Assembly (NCBI GenBank): GCA_965247115.1
Contig: CBDFGR010000003.1
Location: 480,001-544,000, forward strand
DNA length: 64,000 nt
Source of the DNA: Myxococcota bacterium
GTDB taxonomy: Bacteria; Myxococcota_A; UBA9160; SZUA-336
Direction: 5' to 3'
How positions within the stretch are numbered: the first letter of the stretch is position 1; each line of letters opens with the position of its first letter. The translations under genes were made by a program, and so were the position numbers. The notes beneath the pieces are model-generated. The model ran no database searches. It was given only the letters and a program-made list of their open reading frames with translations, and had not been told where the DNA came from. This document shows, piece by piece, positions 55,380-64,000 of the stretch.

Positions 55380-56408
55380 CTACGCGCTGCCCCGCGCGGC
55401 CGGACGGATCTCGTCGACGAGGCCCCAGAGGTGGGCCGTCGGGACGTCCAGCCGCGCTCCCGAGAGAGCCAGGTAGGCCGTGCGCTGTCGCCCGATCCGG
55501 CGCGGGATGCTCACCGTACCACCGGCTCCCGGGACCAGGCCCATGCCCACCTCCGGCAGCTGAAAGAAGGCATCCTCGCTCGCCACGACGTGTCCCGCGA
55601 ACGCGGGAAGCTCGATGCCCGCGCCCACGCAGGCTCCGTGAACCTCGACGCGAACGCGTTCGGCACACGCCGCGAGCATGCGGCCCGGGTTGCGCGTGCT
55701 CCGGATCGCGTGCGCGGTCGCGGGATCGGGCAGCGTGCCGAACTCGTCCAGGTCTCCTCCGCTGCAGAACGACGGGCCCGCACCACTGAGCACCACGTGC
55801 CGCACCTCTCTGTCGGTCAGCACCAGCTGCAGCGCCTCGGACAAGCCATCGCGCATCTCGGCCGAGAAGGCATTCCGCTTGCCAGGGCGATTCAAGGTCA
55901 GGCGCAGGCTGCCGCCCTCGCGCTCCACGCGGACGGCGGGGCCGGGATCTCCCTTTCGGCTGCGCTGGCGCGACTTGCGCTGCGCCAGCCAGGCGGCGAA
56001 CTCGGGACCGCTCTGCAGCGTGGAGTAGACCAGGGATTCGGCCACCAGCGCGCCGTGCACGTCGAGGTTCTCGCTCTGGCGCAGCTGCTGGACCAGGGCC
56101 AGAGCGGCGAGTGGAGTGTGGCCGATGGACTCCAGGAGCTCGTCGAGCTTGTCGCGTGACGAGACCGCGAGGTCGAAGCGGTCGAGCAGCGCGGCGCCGG
56201 TCTCCGAGAGCGCGTCGCCGCACACGGCGACGGACACGCAGGGCAGCTGCGCGAGCGCCGTGCGCGCGACGGCCAGCGCCTCCGCGCCTACGGCGGCGCT
56301 CGAGGACACGTCTACCGTGAGTGCCGGACCGGCTCCCATGACCGGGGAGAGGGCTTCCAGGCCATACGGCGACTGCAGTCGGTCGACGGCCTGTGCCAGC
56401 GTCAGCAC
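55380..56408 (-). CDS. Enoyl-CoA hydratase/isomerase with N-terminal extension
   Basis: LNRP..RNA, FCSGGDL, GAGIEL and PEV.MGLVPGAGG motifs. Confidence 0.9.
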   Translation of the reverse strand: MLTLAQAVDRLQSPYGLEALSPVMGAGPALTVDVSSSAAVGAEALAVARTALAQLPCVSVAVCGDALSETGAALLDRFDLAVSSRDKLDELLESIGHTPLAALALVQQLRQSENLDVHGALVAESLVYSTLQSGPEFAAWLAQRKSRQRSRKGDPGPAVRVEREGGSLRLTLNRPGKRNAFSAEMRDGLSEALQLVLTDREVRHVVLSGAGPSFCSGGDLDEFGTLPDPATAHAIRSTRNPGRMLAACAERVRVEVHGACVGAGIELPAFAGHVVASEDAFFQLPEVGMGLVPGAGGTVSIPRRIGRQRTAYLALSGARLDVPTAHLWGLVDEIRPAARGSA

Positions 56409-56416
56409 GCCTCGGC

Positions 56417-57916
56417 TCAGTCTCCCGCCAGGTCGGCCCGCACTACGCGGCGCAGCAGCTTGCCGGTCTCGTTGTACGGCAGCTCGTCACTGAACTCGAT
56501 GCGCGACGGCACCCGCGAGGAGCGCAGCCTTCCCTTGACCCAGTCTTGCAGCTCGGACACGCTCACCGAGCTTCCCTGCCGCGTCACCACCGCCGCTGCG
56601 ACCGCCTCGCCCCATTGCACGTCGGGGATCCCCACGACAGCGCAGTCCGCGACTGCCTTGTGCTCGAGAAGCACGTCCTCGATCTCGCCAGGCGACAGGT
56701 TCTCGCCACCCCGAACGATCACGTCGTCGATCCGGCCCTCCACGAACACGTAGCCCTCCGAGTCCATCGAGCCGCTGTCGCGGGTCGGGAACCAGCCGTC
56801 GCTCTCCAGCCGGGTGCCGTGGCCCAGGTACTCGCCCGAAACCTGCTCGCCGCGCACGTAGATCTCTCCGACCTGGCCAGCAGCCAGCTCCTTCCCCTCC
56901 TCGTCGCGGATCTCGAAGTCGAGGCTCGGTAGCGCACGGCCAACGGAGACGAGCCTGCGCTTCACGGCGGGGTCCTCGCTGGCGGCCGCCTCGCGATGAT
57001 CGTCGGGTCCGAGCAGCGCAATGGTCGAGCTCGTCTCGGTGAGCCCGTAGGCGTTGGTGAAATCCGTGTCAGGGAAGAGCTTCATCGCGCGCTCGATCAC
57101 CGGCAGAGGCATCTTCCCGCCCCCGTAGGAGAGCGCCCGCAGCTGTGGAAGATTGGCGCTTCCGGCGTCCCCCACCGCATCCACGATCCTGGCCAGCATG
57201 GTGGGAACAACGAAGGCGTGCGTGACGCCCTCGGAGCGTGCGAGCGCCAGCCAGTCTTCGGCGGAGAAGCCCGGCAGCTGCACCACGCGGCGGCCCGAGT
57301 AGACGGAGCTCAAGAGAGCCGCCATACCGGCCACGTGGTAAGGCGGGACACTGACGAGTGTAGCTTCCTCCTCGCCCGCTCCGCCGAAGTCGACCGAGCC
57401 GAGGATGTAAGAGACCAGGTGCTTGTGGCGCAGCACGGCGGCCTTCGGGGCGCCAGTGGTGCCGCTGGTGTACAGCAGAACGGCAATCTCGTCCGGATCC
57501 ATCGACCACTCTGGCGCCGCGTCACCACCGGGAACCATCCGCGCTAGAAAGGCCTCCCGCTCGACCGGGCTCGTGCCGGGGAGACGCCCGAGCTGCGACG
57601 CGCGCTCCGCGTCGGTGACCAGATAGGAGGGCGCGATCTCACCGACGAGCGAGTCCAGCTCGTCGGCGGTCAGGCGGTAGTTGAGGGGCACGAAGGGGAC
57701 CCCGGCCCAGGCGCTGGCGAAGAGCGCGACGGGGACGGCCGGGCTGCTCACGTCCAGGAGCGCCATGCGCTCTGCCCCGGAGGCTTGCAGGTGCAGTGCG
57801 GCAGCTCCGGCCGCACCAAAGAGCTGCTGGTAGGTCAGCTTGGTCGAGCCGCTCTGGACGGCCACTCGGTCGCCGAAGCCCTCGGCGGCCATGTCGAGCA
57901 GCATCATCAGGTTCAT
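56417..57916 (-). CDS. Acyl-CoA synthetase (AMP-binding)
   Basis: YTSGTTGAPK, YGLTE, GEI, GR.DD...GGEN and GKLLRR motifs. Confidence 0.95.
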   Translation of the reverse strand: MNLMMLLDMAAEGFGDRVAVQSGSTKLTYQQLFGAAGAAALHLQASGAERMALLDVSSPAVPVALFASAWAGVPFVPLNYRLTADELDSLVGEIAPSYLVTDAERASQLGRLPGTSPVEREAFLARMVPGGDAAPEWSMDPDEIAVLLYTSGTTGAPKAAVLRHKHLVSYILGSVDFGGAGEEEATLVSVPPYHVAGMAALLSSVYSGRRVVQLPGFSAEDWLALARSEGVTHAFVVPTMLARIVDAVGDAGSANLPQLRALSYGGGKMPLPVIERAMKLFPDTDFTNAYGLTETSSTIALLGPDDHREAAASEDPAVKRRLVSVGRALPSLDFEIRDEEGKELAAGQVGEIYVRGEQVSGEYLGHGTRLESDGWFPTRDSGSMDSEGYVFVEGRIDDVIVRGGENLSPGEIEDVLLEHKAVADCAVVGIPDVQWGEAVAAAVVTRQGSSVSVSELQDWVKGRLRSSRVPSRIEFSDELPYNETGKLLRRVVRADLAGD

Positions 57917-57919
57917 CGG

Positions 57920-58231
57920 TCAGTCCGAAGACGGGAGCTTCTTGGCTTCCTTGAGCTTGAGCAACACGCCACCCGCGGCAATCGAGCCGTCTCCGGCCTT
58001 CGTACAAAGAAGCTCGAGGGCTCCAGCGTCGTTGATATAGCGCTTGCCAAGCTTCGTCCCCTCGGCCGCATCGGGCGAAACCGAGAGATCCCCAGCTGGC
58101 GTCTCTGCGATATCGATCATCGGGACCCCGCCGCAGCTCAGCGCCACAGCTTCGTCCGGCACGGAGATAACCATCACCTCCGTCGTACACGCGGCGCTGC
58201 GTAGTCTGGATCCCGTCTTCAGGTCGGCCAT
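57920..58231 (-). CDS. Small protein with desulforedoxin-like internal duplication
   Basis: GAGG RBS; ATG at 58231; C.TEVMV...LSCGGVPM followed by KLGKRY...LELLCTKAGDG; stop lies 3 bp before the ligase start. Confidence 0.75.
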   Translation of the reverse strand: MADLKTGSRLRSAACTTEVMVISVPDEAVALSCGGVPMIDIAETPAGDLSVSPDAAEGTKLGKRYINDAGALELLCTKAGDGSIAAGGVLLKLKEAKKLPSSD

Positions 58232-58371
58232 GACGGTGCTGCCTCCTCGAGAGATGATATCAGTGGCGGCATGATACCAGCTCGCGCCCCGCTCGCCGAC
58301 ACGAGCCCCACGCAGCCGGGCTGCGGCCGGAGCATCGCCACAGGAGAACCCAACATGAGGAGCGAGTCGCC

Positions 58372-59763
58372 GTGCTGATCCGCCGGGCGGAGGTCGACGG
58401 GTCCGCTCCCCTCGACGTGCGGCTCGCGGACGGCAGGATTGCGGCAATCGACGCGGGGCTCTCGCGCGCTCCAGGCGAGGCCGTGCTGGAGGCCGACCGC
58501 GGGGCACTCCTGCCCGGCCTTCACGACCATCACCTGCACCTCTTCGCCCTGGCTGCGGCCTGGGGCTCGGTGCGCTGCGGGCCCCCGGAGGTGCGTGACA
58601 AGCAAGGGCTGGCGGAGGCCTTGCGCGGGTGGCGCGGAGCCGGGGAGTGGGTCCGCGGGGTGGGCTACCACGAGTCGGTCGCGGGTGTACTCACCCGCTC
58701 CGAGCTCGACGCCCTCCTCCCCGGGAGGCCACTGCGCATCCAACATCGCAGCGGTGCGCTCTGGATGCTGAACTCGACCGCGCTCAGCCGTCTGGAGCTC
58801 GACGGCGCGGACGCGGCCGACGGGGTAGAGCGGGCTCCAGACGGCCGGCCCACCGGGCGCCTGTTCGGCTTGGATGCCTGGTTGCGCGGCCGACTCGAAG
58901 GCTCCCGTCCCCCGGAGCTGGCGGAGGTAGGAAGGAGGCTGGCCCGACTCGGGCTGACCGGTCTCACGGACACCACGCCGAGCAACGGACCCGACGAGCT
59001 CGGCGCCTTCGAGGCGGCGATCGAGCGAGGGAATTTACCCCAACGGCTCGTCATGATGGGCAGCTCCGAGCTCGGCGAGTCGGACCGGGTCACACGGGGT
59101 CCGGTCAAGCTGCTGCTGCGCGACGAGGATCTCCCGGCGCCCGACCAGCTCGAAGAGACCATCCGCTCCGCGCACGCGGCTGGGAGGCGGATCGCGGTCC
59201 ACTGCGTGACGCGGGTCCAGCTCGTGCTCACACTCTCGGCTCTTCGGGCCGCCGGCAGCCTGCCAGGAGACCGCATAGAGCACGCATCCGTCACGCCCCC
59301 CGATGCGATGCGTTTGCTGGCCGGTCTGCCGGTTGCGGTGGTGACACAGCCGAACTTCGTGCGGGAACGAGGCGACGAGTACGCGGTTCTGGTGGATGAG
59401 CCGGACCGGCCCTGGCTGTACCGCGGTCGGGGCTTCCTGGAGGCAGGGGTCGCCCTTGGCGGCGGCACCGATGCCCCGTTCGGAGATCCGGACCCATGGG
59501 CCGCCATGCGTGCTTCGGTCGAGCGGCGCACAGAGTCCGGACTGTGTCTGGGTCCCGAGGAACGGCTCAGCCCCGAGCAGGCCCTGGCGCTCTTTACCTC
59601 GTCGCCCGAGGCACCCGGCGGGGCGCCGCGGGCGGTCGAGGTGGGGAGGCCAGCGGACCTCTGCCTGCTCGATCGACCGTGGTCCGCAGCGAGGCGAGGG
59701 CTCTCGAGCGAGCACGTCGCGGCCACGATTCGCGGTGGCTCTCTGATCTGGCGGGCGTCCTAG
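58372..59763 (+). CDS. Amidohydrolase family 3 protein
   Basis: LLPGLHDHHLH, AVHC, RIEHAS, GGTDAP and G.PADL motifs. Confidence 0.9.
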   Translation: MLIRRAEVDGSAPLDVRLADGRIAAIDAGLSRAPGEAVLEADRGALLPGLHDHHLHLFALAAAWGSVRCGPPEVRDKQGLAEALRGWRGAGEWVRGVGYHESVAGVLTRSELDALLPGRPLRIQHRSGALWMLNSTALSRLELDGADAADGVERAPDGRPTGRLFGLDAWLRGRLEGSRPPELAEVGRRLARLGLTGLTDTTPSNGPDELGAFEAAIERGNLPQRLVMMGSSELGESDRVTRGPVKLLLRDEDLPAPDQLEETIRSAHAAGRRIAVHCVTRVQLVLTLSALRAAGSLPGDRIEHASVTPPDAMRLLAGLPVAVVTQPNFVRERGDEYAVLVDEPDRPWLYRGRGFLEAGVALGGGTDAPFGDPDPWAAMRASVERRTESGLCLGPEERLSPEQALALFTSSPEAPGGAPRAVEVGRPADLCLLDRPWSAARRGLSSEHVAATIRGGSLIWRAS

Positions 59764-60971
59764 ATGACCTTTCGGTCGCGCAGGTCGCTGATCTGCTCCC
59801 ACTTGTAGCCGAGCAGATCCAGCAGGATCTCCTCCGTGTGCTGCCCGAACTCCGGGGCCGGCAGCCGGACCTGACCCGGAGTCTCACTCAGGCGGACGGG
59901 CATCCCCATCACCTTGGTCTTGCCGAATTCCGGGTGCTCGAAGTCGACGATGTAATCGTTCGCCAGGACCTGCGGATCTTCTGGCAGCTCGTCGACGGTG
60001 TTCACCAGCGTAAAGATCAGGTCCCCCGCCTCGTGGAGGATCTTCATCCAGTCCTCCCGGGGTTTTGTGGCGAACACACCATCGAGGATCGCAACTGCGG
60101 CCTCGGCGTTGGCGCCGCGCGCGCGTTGATCGACGAAGCGCTCGTCTGTCTCGAGCTCGGGCCGACCCATCCCCCGACACAGATCACCCCAGTAGCGGTC
60201 GGCCTGGAGCATGGCGAGCGCGATCCATTTGCCGTCCGAGCAGCAGTAGTGGTTCCAAAGTGGATTCGCCGCGCTCTTGCGCGCCGTGCGCCGAAACGAC
60301 TTGCCCAGCATGAGTCGCGACGAGACGCTCAGTCCCTGCAGCATGGCCATGCTTCCCAGGTGAGACGCATCGACCTGCTGACCGACACCCAGGCGCTCAC
60401 GCGCGACCAGCGCCGCCATCACCCCGTACGCCAGCATGATCGCGCCCATCTGATCGGCGACGCCGCCTGCGATGCCGAGTGGCGGCATGTCCGGCTCGCC
60501 AACGGCCTGCATGATCCCCGAGCGGGCCAGGCCGAGCATGTCGAAGGAAGGCTCGCCGCTGTCTGGACCCTCGGGACCGTAGCCGCTCGCGCTGGCGTAG
60601 ATCAGCTTGGCGTTGTGCTCGCGCAGCGTGGCGTAATCGAGACCAAGCCGCTGCGCCACGCCCTTGCGGAAGTTCTGAACGAAGATGTCTGACCTGGCGA
60701 CGAGCTGGTAGACGATCTCCCGCGCATCCTGCTGCTTCAGGTCGAGGGTGATGCTCTTCTTGTTGCGGTTGTTCGCCTCGAAGTAGAAGTTCGGGCGATC
60801 GGAGAGGTCCCTCCCACCCATCTTGAAGATGCTACGGCCCGGATCCCCGGCCTCGCGCTCCTCGATCTTGATGACCTCGGCGCCGAGGTCTCCCAGCATC
60901 ACCGTGGAGACCGGCCCCTGCTGCCAGATCGTCCAGTCGAGCACTCGAATCCCGTCGAGCGGCATGGCCAT
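59760..60971 (-). CDS. CoA-transferase family III (formyl-CoA transferase-like)
   Basis: PLDGIRVLD, GAEVIKIE, NRNKKSITLDL, SGYGPEGP and VADQMG (catalytic Asp) motifs. Confidence 0.93.
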   Translation of the reverse strand: MAMPLDGIRVLDWTIWQQGPVSTVMLGDLGAEVIKIEEREAGDPGRSIFKMGGRDLSDRPNFYFEANNRNKKSITLDLKQQDAREIVYQLVARSDIFVQNFRKGVAQRLGLDYATLREHNAKLIYASASGYGPEGPDSGEPSFDMLGLARSGIMQAVGEPDMPPLGIAGGVADQMGAIMLAYGVMAALVARERLGVGQQVDASHLGSMAMLQGLSVSSRLMLGKSFRRTARKSAANPLWNHYCCSDGKWIALAMLQADRYWGDLCRGMGRPELETDERFVDQRARGANAEAAVAILDGVFATKPREDWMKILHEAGDLIFTLVNTVDELPEDPQVLANDYIVDFEHPEFGKTKVMGMPVRLSETPGQVRLPAPEFGQHTEEILLDLLGYKWEQISDLRDRKVI

Positions 60972-61033
60972 GTGCGGTTCCTCCTCTGCCTGCGCCAATG
61001 TAGGGGGTCGGGAGTGGGCTGAACAAGCCTTCC

Positions 61034-62680
61034 CTATCGCAAGTAGTTGCCTCCGCTGAGACGTCTCGCCTTGGGATCGACCTGGACATGGACGAGGGCC
61101 ACGCCCGGAGCTGCGAGCGCGCGTTCGAGGGCTGGTCGTAGCTCGTCGGGCCGCTCGACCCGCTCCGCGTGACCGTCCACCATCTCCGCCATCTTCTCGT
61201 AACGCGCGGGTAGCAGGCTCGCGATACGCGGCGAGCCTGCGGGAAACATCCCGTCCTGGATCATGTGGCCCGCGATGCCCTGATTGTTGGAGACCACGAA
61301 TACCACGGAGGCTCCGATGCGCGCGACCGTCTCCACCTCCATGGCGGCGGCGCCGAAGGCGTAGTCGCCCAGAACGGCAATCGACGGGCGCTCCGGGGCC
61401 GCGAGCTTCGCGCCAATCGCGTAGGGCACGCCCGTCCCCATGCAGCCCGTCGTGCCCGCGTTGAGACGAGAACGGGCGCCGTAGCTCGGGAGGATCGCCC
61501 GGCAGATGCCCATGATGGTCTCGCCGTCGACGGAGATCGAGGCGTCCCGGCCCACCGTATCGCGCACCTCGCGAACCAGCCGGTAGGGGTTGATGGGGAC
61601 CGAGTCGAGCGCCATGGCCGATGCCAGAGCCTGCTCGTTCTGTTGCCGCTGCAAGCCGAGCTCCTTCAACCAGGAGGTCGCGGCGCAGCGGAGTGTGCGG
61701 CCCTGCAGGGCCTCTCCCAGCTGCTGCGCGGCCACGGCCGCGTCTGCGACCACGCCGAGCTCCACTTCCGCGGAGCTGTACATCTCCTCCGCGTCGACGT
61801 CGATCTGCGCGATGCGAACCCCTTCGGCATAGCGCGGCGCCCGGCCAAAGCCGAAGATCCAGTTGAAGCGACCTCCGATCATGACGATCACGTCGGCGCC
61901 CTTCAGAGCGGCGGATCGAGCGGCGTTCATGAAGTACGGGTTGTCGTCTGGGATCACGCCCCGCCCCATGGGCGACGCCACGTATGGAATCCCCAGGTTC
62001 ACCAGGCGCTCCAGGGCTGCGCCAGCATCCGCCCACGCGCTGCCCTTGCCGAGCATCACCAAGGGCCGCTCAGCGCCGGCCAGCAGCTCCGCGATGCGCT
62101 CGATCGCGTTCGGGTCCGGATGGGGAGCGGTCACCTCGGGCTGAGCCCGTCGGAGCCCGACATCTGCGTCGGAGATGCGGTGTGAGACCACCTGCGCGGG
62201 ATAGTCGAGGTAGACTGCGCCCGGACGACCACTCACGGACCGACCCAGGGCAAGATGAAGCAGCTCGGGGATGCGCTCCGTGCGGTTCACCTGAGCCGTC
62301 CACTTGCAGTGCGGCGCGGCGGCTCCCACTTGATCCGCTTCCTGGAAGCCGCCGAGCCCGACTGTTGCCGAGTGGCTCGATCCACCAAGCACCACGAGCG
62401 GCATGGCGCTGGCCGTCGCCACGTGCATCGACGTCAGCGTATTTGTCATTCCGGGACCCGAGGCCGCGACGACCACGCCCGGCTTGCGCTTGACGTAGCC
62501 CCAGGCGGACGCCATGAACGCGGCGGACTCCTCGTGGCGGCAGCCCACGACTTTCATGCCCTCCTCCACGGCACCCGCGAAGACCTCGATCATCGGCCCG
62601 CCAACGACTCCGAAGATGGTGTCGATCCCAGCAGCCGCTAGCTGCTTGGCGGTGATCTGACCGCCATTGAGTTCCGCCAT
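61034..62680 (-). CDS. ThDP-dependent oxalyl-CoA decarboxylase / 2-hydroxyacyl-CoA lyase family
   Basis: RHEE, SGPG..N, GGFQE, GRPG.VYLD.P, RLNAGT.GCMG.G and GDYAFG...ME...NN motifs. Confidence 0.9.
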   Translation of the reverse strand: MAELNGGQITAKQLAAAGIDTIFGVVGGPMIEVFAGAVEEGMKVVGCRHEESAAFMASAWGYVKRKPGVVVAASGPGMTNTLTSMHVATASAMPLVVLGGSSHSATVGLGGFQEADQVGAAAPHCKWTAQVNRTERIPELLHLALGRSVSGRPGAVYLDYPAQVVSHRISDADVGLRRAQPEVTAPHPDPNAIERIAELLAGAERPLVMLGKGSAWADAGAALERLVNLGIPYVASPMGRGVIPDDNPYFMNAARSAALKGADVIVMIGGRFNWIFGFGRAPRYAEGVRIAQIDVDAEEMYSSAEVELGVVADAAVAAQQLGEALQGRTLRCAATSWLKELGLQRQQNEQALASAMALDSVPINPYRLVREVRDTVGRDASISVDGETIMGICRAILPSYGARSRLNAGTTGCMGTGVPYAIGAKLAAPERPSIAVLGDYAFGAAAMEVETVARIGASVVFVVSNNQGIAGHMIQDGMFPAGSPRIASLLPARYEKMAEMVDGHAERVERPDELRPALERALAAPGVALVHVQVDPKARRLSGGNYLR

Positions 62681-62699
62681 GTGTACCTCCTGAGCGCTG

Positions 62700-63191
62700 C
62701 TACGCCCGAGCTCGGGGAGCAGTGTATTCGCTGGCGCGCGCGAGAGCTCGACCGGACGCGCACCAGCTCTGGACCGACCGGATCTCGATGGAGAGGAGCG
62801 TCGGCTCTCCCCGAAACAAAGGCGTCTCTCCGTACTGAGGATACTTGTCCCGCAATGTCCGTGCAGCCGCCTCGATCGTGGCCTCCGAGTCGGCGTCCGC
62901 CCGCGTGACCACGCTCGCGTGACCCGCAACGCGGAGCCACCACAGCCGCTTCCAATCCGGCTCGTATGCATCGAGGAGAAGGCTGACGCGCGGGTCGCGA
63001 CGCGCGTTCGAAAGACGAGCCAGCGCCGCGCTGGCCTTCGGCTTGCCGTCGACCGCGGACCAGAGTCGCTTCCCGCAACGTGCGAACACGACGGGCACGA
63101 GCTCGGGCTCACCGTCGGCGCCCAGTGTGGCGAGGCGGGCCACCGGCCAGCAGTCCAACAGGTGTTCCACCGCAGCGGGGGTGAGCTGCAC
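62700..63191 (-). CDS. PPOX-class, probably F420-dependent oxidoreductase (Rv0121-like)
   Basis: VARLAT..G.P.LVPVVFA, AVD.KPK, RL.N...P.VSLL.D.Y..DW..LWW and L..KYPQY motifs. Confidence 0.85.
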   Translation of the reverse strand: MQLTPAAVEHLLDCWPVARLATLGADGEPELVPVVFARCGKRLWSAVDGKPKASAALARLSNARRDPRVSLLLDAYEPDWKRLWWLRVAGHASVVTRADADSEATIEAAARTLRDKYPQYGETPLFRGEPTLLSIEIRSVQSWCASGRALARASEYTAPRARA

Positions 63192-63219
63192 CGGACTACC
63201 TACGCTGCGCAGCCGGGCA

Positions 63220-63615
63220 CTAGTGGACCCCGTGTGGCTGGCTCAGCTCGAAGGAGGGGATCTCGGCCTGAAAGGCGTCGCCATCACGAGTCACCATCTC
63301 GTAGGTGCCGCGCATGGCTCCGAACGGTGTGCGGAGGGGGCAGCCAGAGGTGTACTCGAAGGAGCCTCCCGGCTCGAGGATCGGCTGCTTTCCGACGACC
63401 CCCGGCCCTTCCACCTGCTCGGTACGTCCTTCGGCGTCCGTGATGATCCACTGCCGGCTCTGGAGCTGCACGGTCCGATCGCTCTCGTTGGTGATGCGGA
63501 TGGTGTAGAGGAAGAAGTACTCGCCTCGGAGCGGGTTGGATCGCTCGGAGTAGTAACCGGATTCGACGTGCACACGCACACCGTTGGTGAAGGCTTCTGC
63601 TTCTTCTCCGGGCAA
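63220..63615 (-). CDS. apaG: ApaG protein
   Basis: Y.F.YTI.I.N, R.W.ITD, V.GPGVVG.QP, FEYTSGC.L.TP.G.M.G.Y motifs. Confidence 0.95.
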   Translation of the reverse strand: MPGEEAEAFTNGVRVHVESGYYSERSNPLRGEYFFLYTIRITNESDRTVQLQSRQWIITDAEGRTEQVEGPGVVGKQPILEPGGSFEYTSGCPLRTPFGAMRGTYEMVTRDGDAFQAEIPSFELSQPHGVH

Positions 63616-63646
63616 GCCAGGGCTCCTCCGACTCAGCGAACCGATC

Positions 63647-64000
63647 TTAGCCGACGGACCCTTCGCGTGTCAGTGCGTCCACGACGCCCCGCGACGGGTC
63701 GAGGTGGACCAAGGCGATCGCCAGCGCCAGCAGGCAGAGAAGGCTCGCAACAAGGTACGGTGTCGCTGTCCCGAGCCACGAGTACAGGGTGAGAAAGACA
63801 AGGGGACCGGCGACGCGCGACAGGGATTGGGCGCTGTTGTTGAGGCCCATGGCCTCTCCCTGCACGCCTTCGGCCATGCGGCTCAGCTGCGCGGTGAAGG
63901 TCGGCGCAAGCATCGAGAAGCCGACGGCCAGCACAAAGCCACCAGCGGCGAGGCTGGCCCAGCCCTGCGCGACAGCGATTCCGACGAGGCCGACCGTCAT
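63647..64000 (-). CDS. MFS transporter, C-terminal part (5' end outside window)
   Basis: QG.AMG...SA.SL.RV.GP is typical of TM10-11 in TetA-like MFS proteins. Confidence 0.8.
   Translation of the reverse strand: MTVGLVGIAVAQGWASLAAGGFVLAVGFSMLAPTFTAQLSRMAEGVQGEAMGLNNSAQSLSRVAGPLVFLTLYSWLGTATPYLVASLLCLLALAIALVHLDPSRGVVDALTREGSVG

Overview
GC-rich bacterial chromosomal segment (roughly 70% GC by eye) with about 68 plausible CDSs. I found no rRNA, tRNA, CRISPR array, transposase or integrase. The gene content (ECF/TPR regulators, cyclase-AAA-TPR protein, several CoA-transferases, TatT-TRAP, multiheme cytochrome) fits an uncultured Myxococcota/deltaproteobacterial lineage, which is inference only. 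Product calls come from recognising motifs by eye; no database search was run. Highlights: (1) 2137-6954 is an 8-gene envelope operon, mostly translationally coupled: lipoprotein, two membrane-anchored unknowns, lytic transglycosylase, two secreted unknowns, and ExbB/MotA-like plus ExbD-like motor genes. No TonB-dependent receptor is present. (2) Divergent from it, 7196-8626 encodes a sigma-region-4 HTH + TPR protein ending in a signal-peptide-like segment and three GDSM(G/S) repeats, resembling a peptide receptor fused to its own propeptide. (3) 38013-38765 is a PrdB/GrdB-like selenoprotein gene split by an in-frame UGA (UxxC), with a SECIS-like hairpin, coupled to an acyl-CoA dehydrogenase. 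(4) 25607-26392 is a c-type cytochrome with 14 NPC motifs, next to a pentaheme cytochrome and hemN-hemJ. (5) Two 31-32 bp inverted-repeat elements sit in convergent intergenic gaps. (6) 48463-62680 is a CoA-dependent catabolic cluster with a probable active/inactive heterodimeric CoA-transferase and a ThDP lyase.
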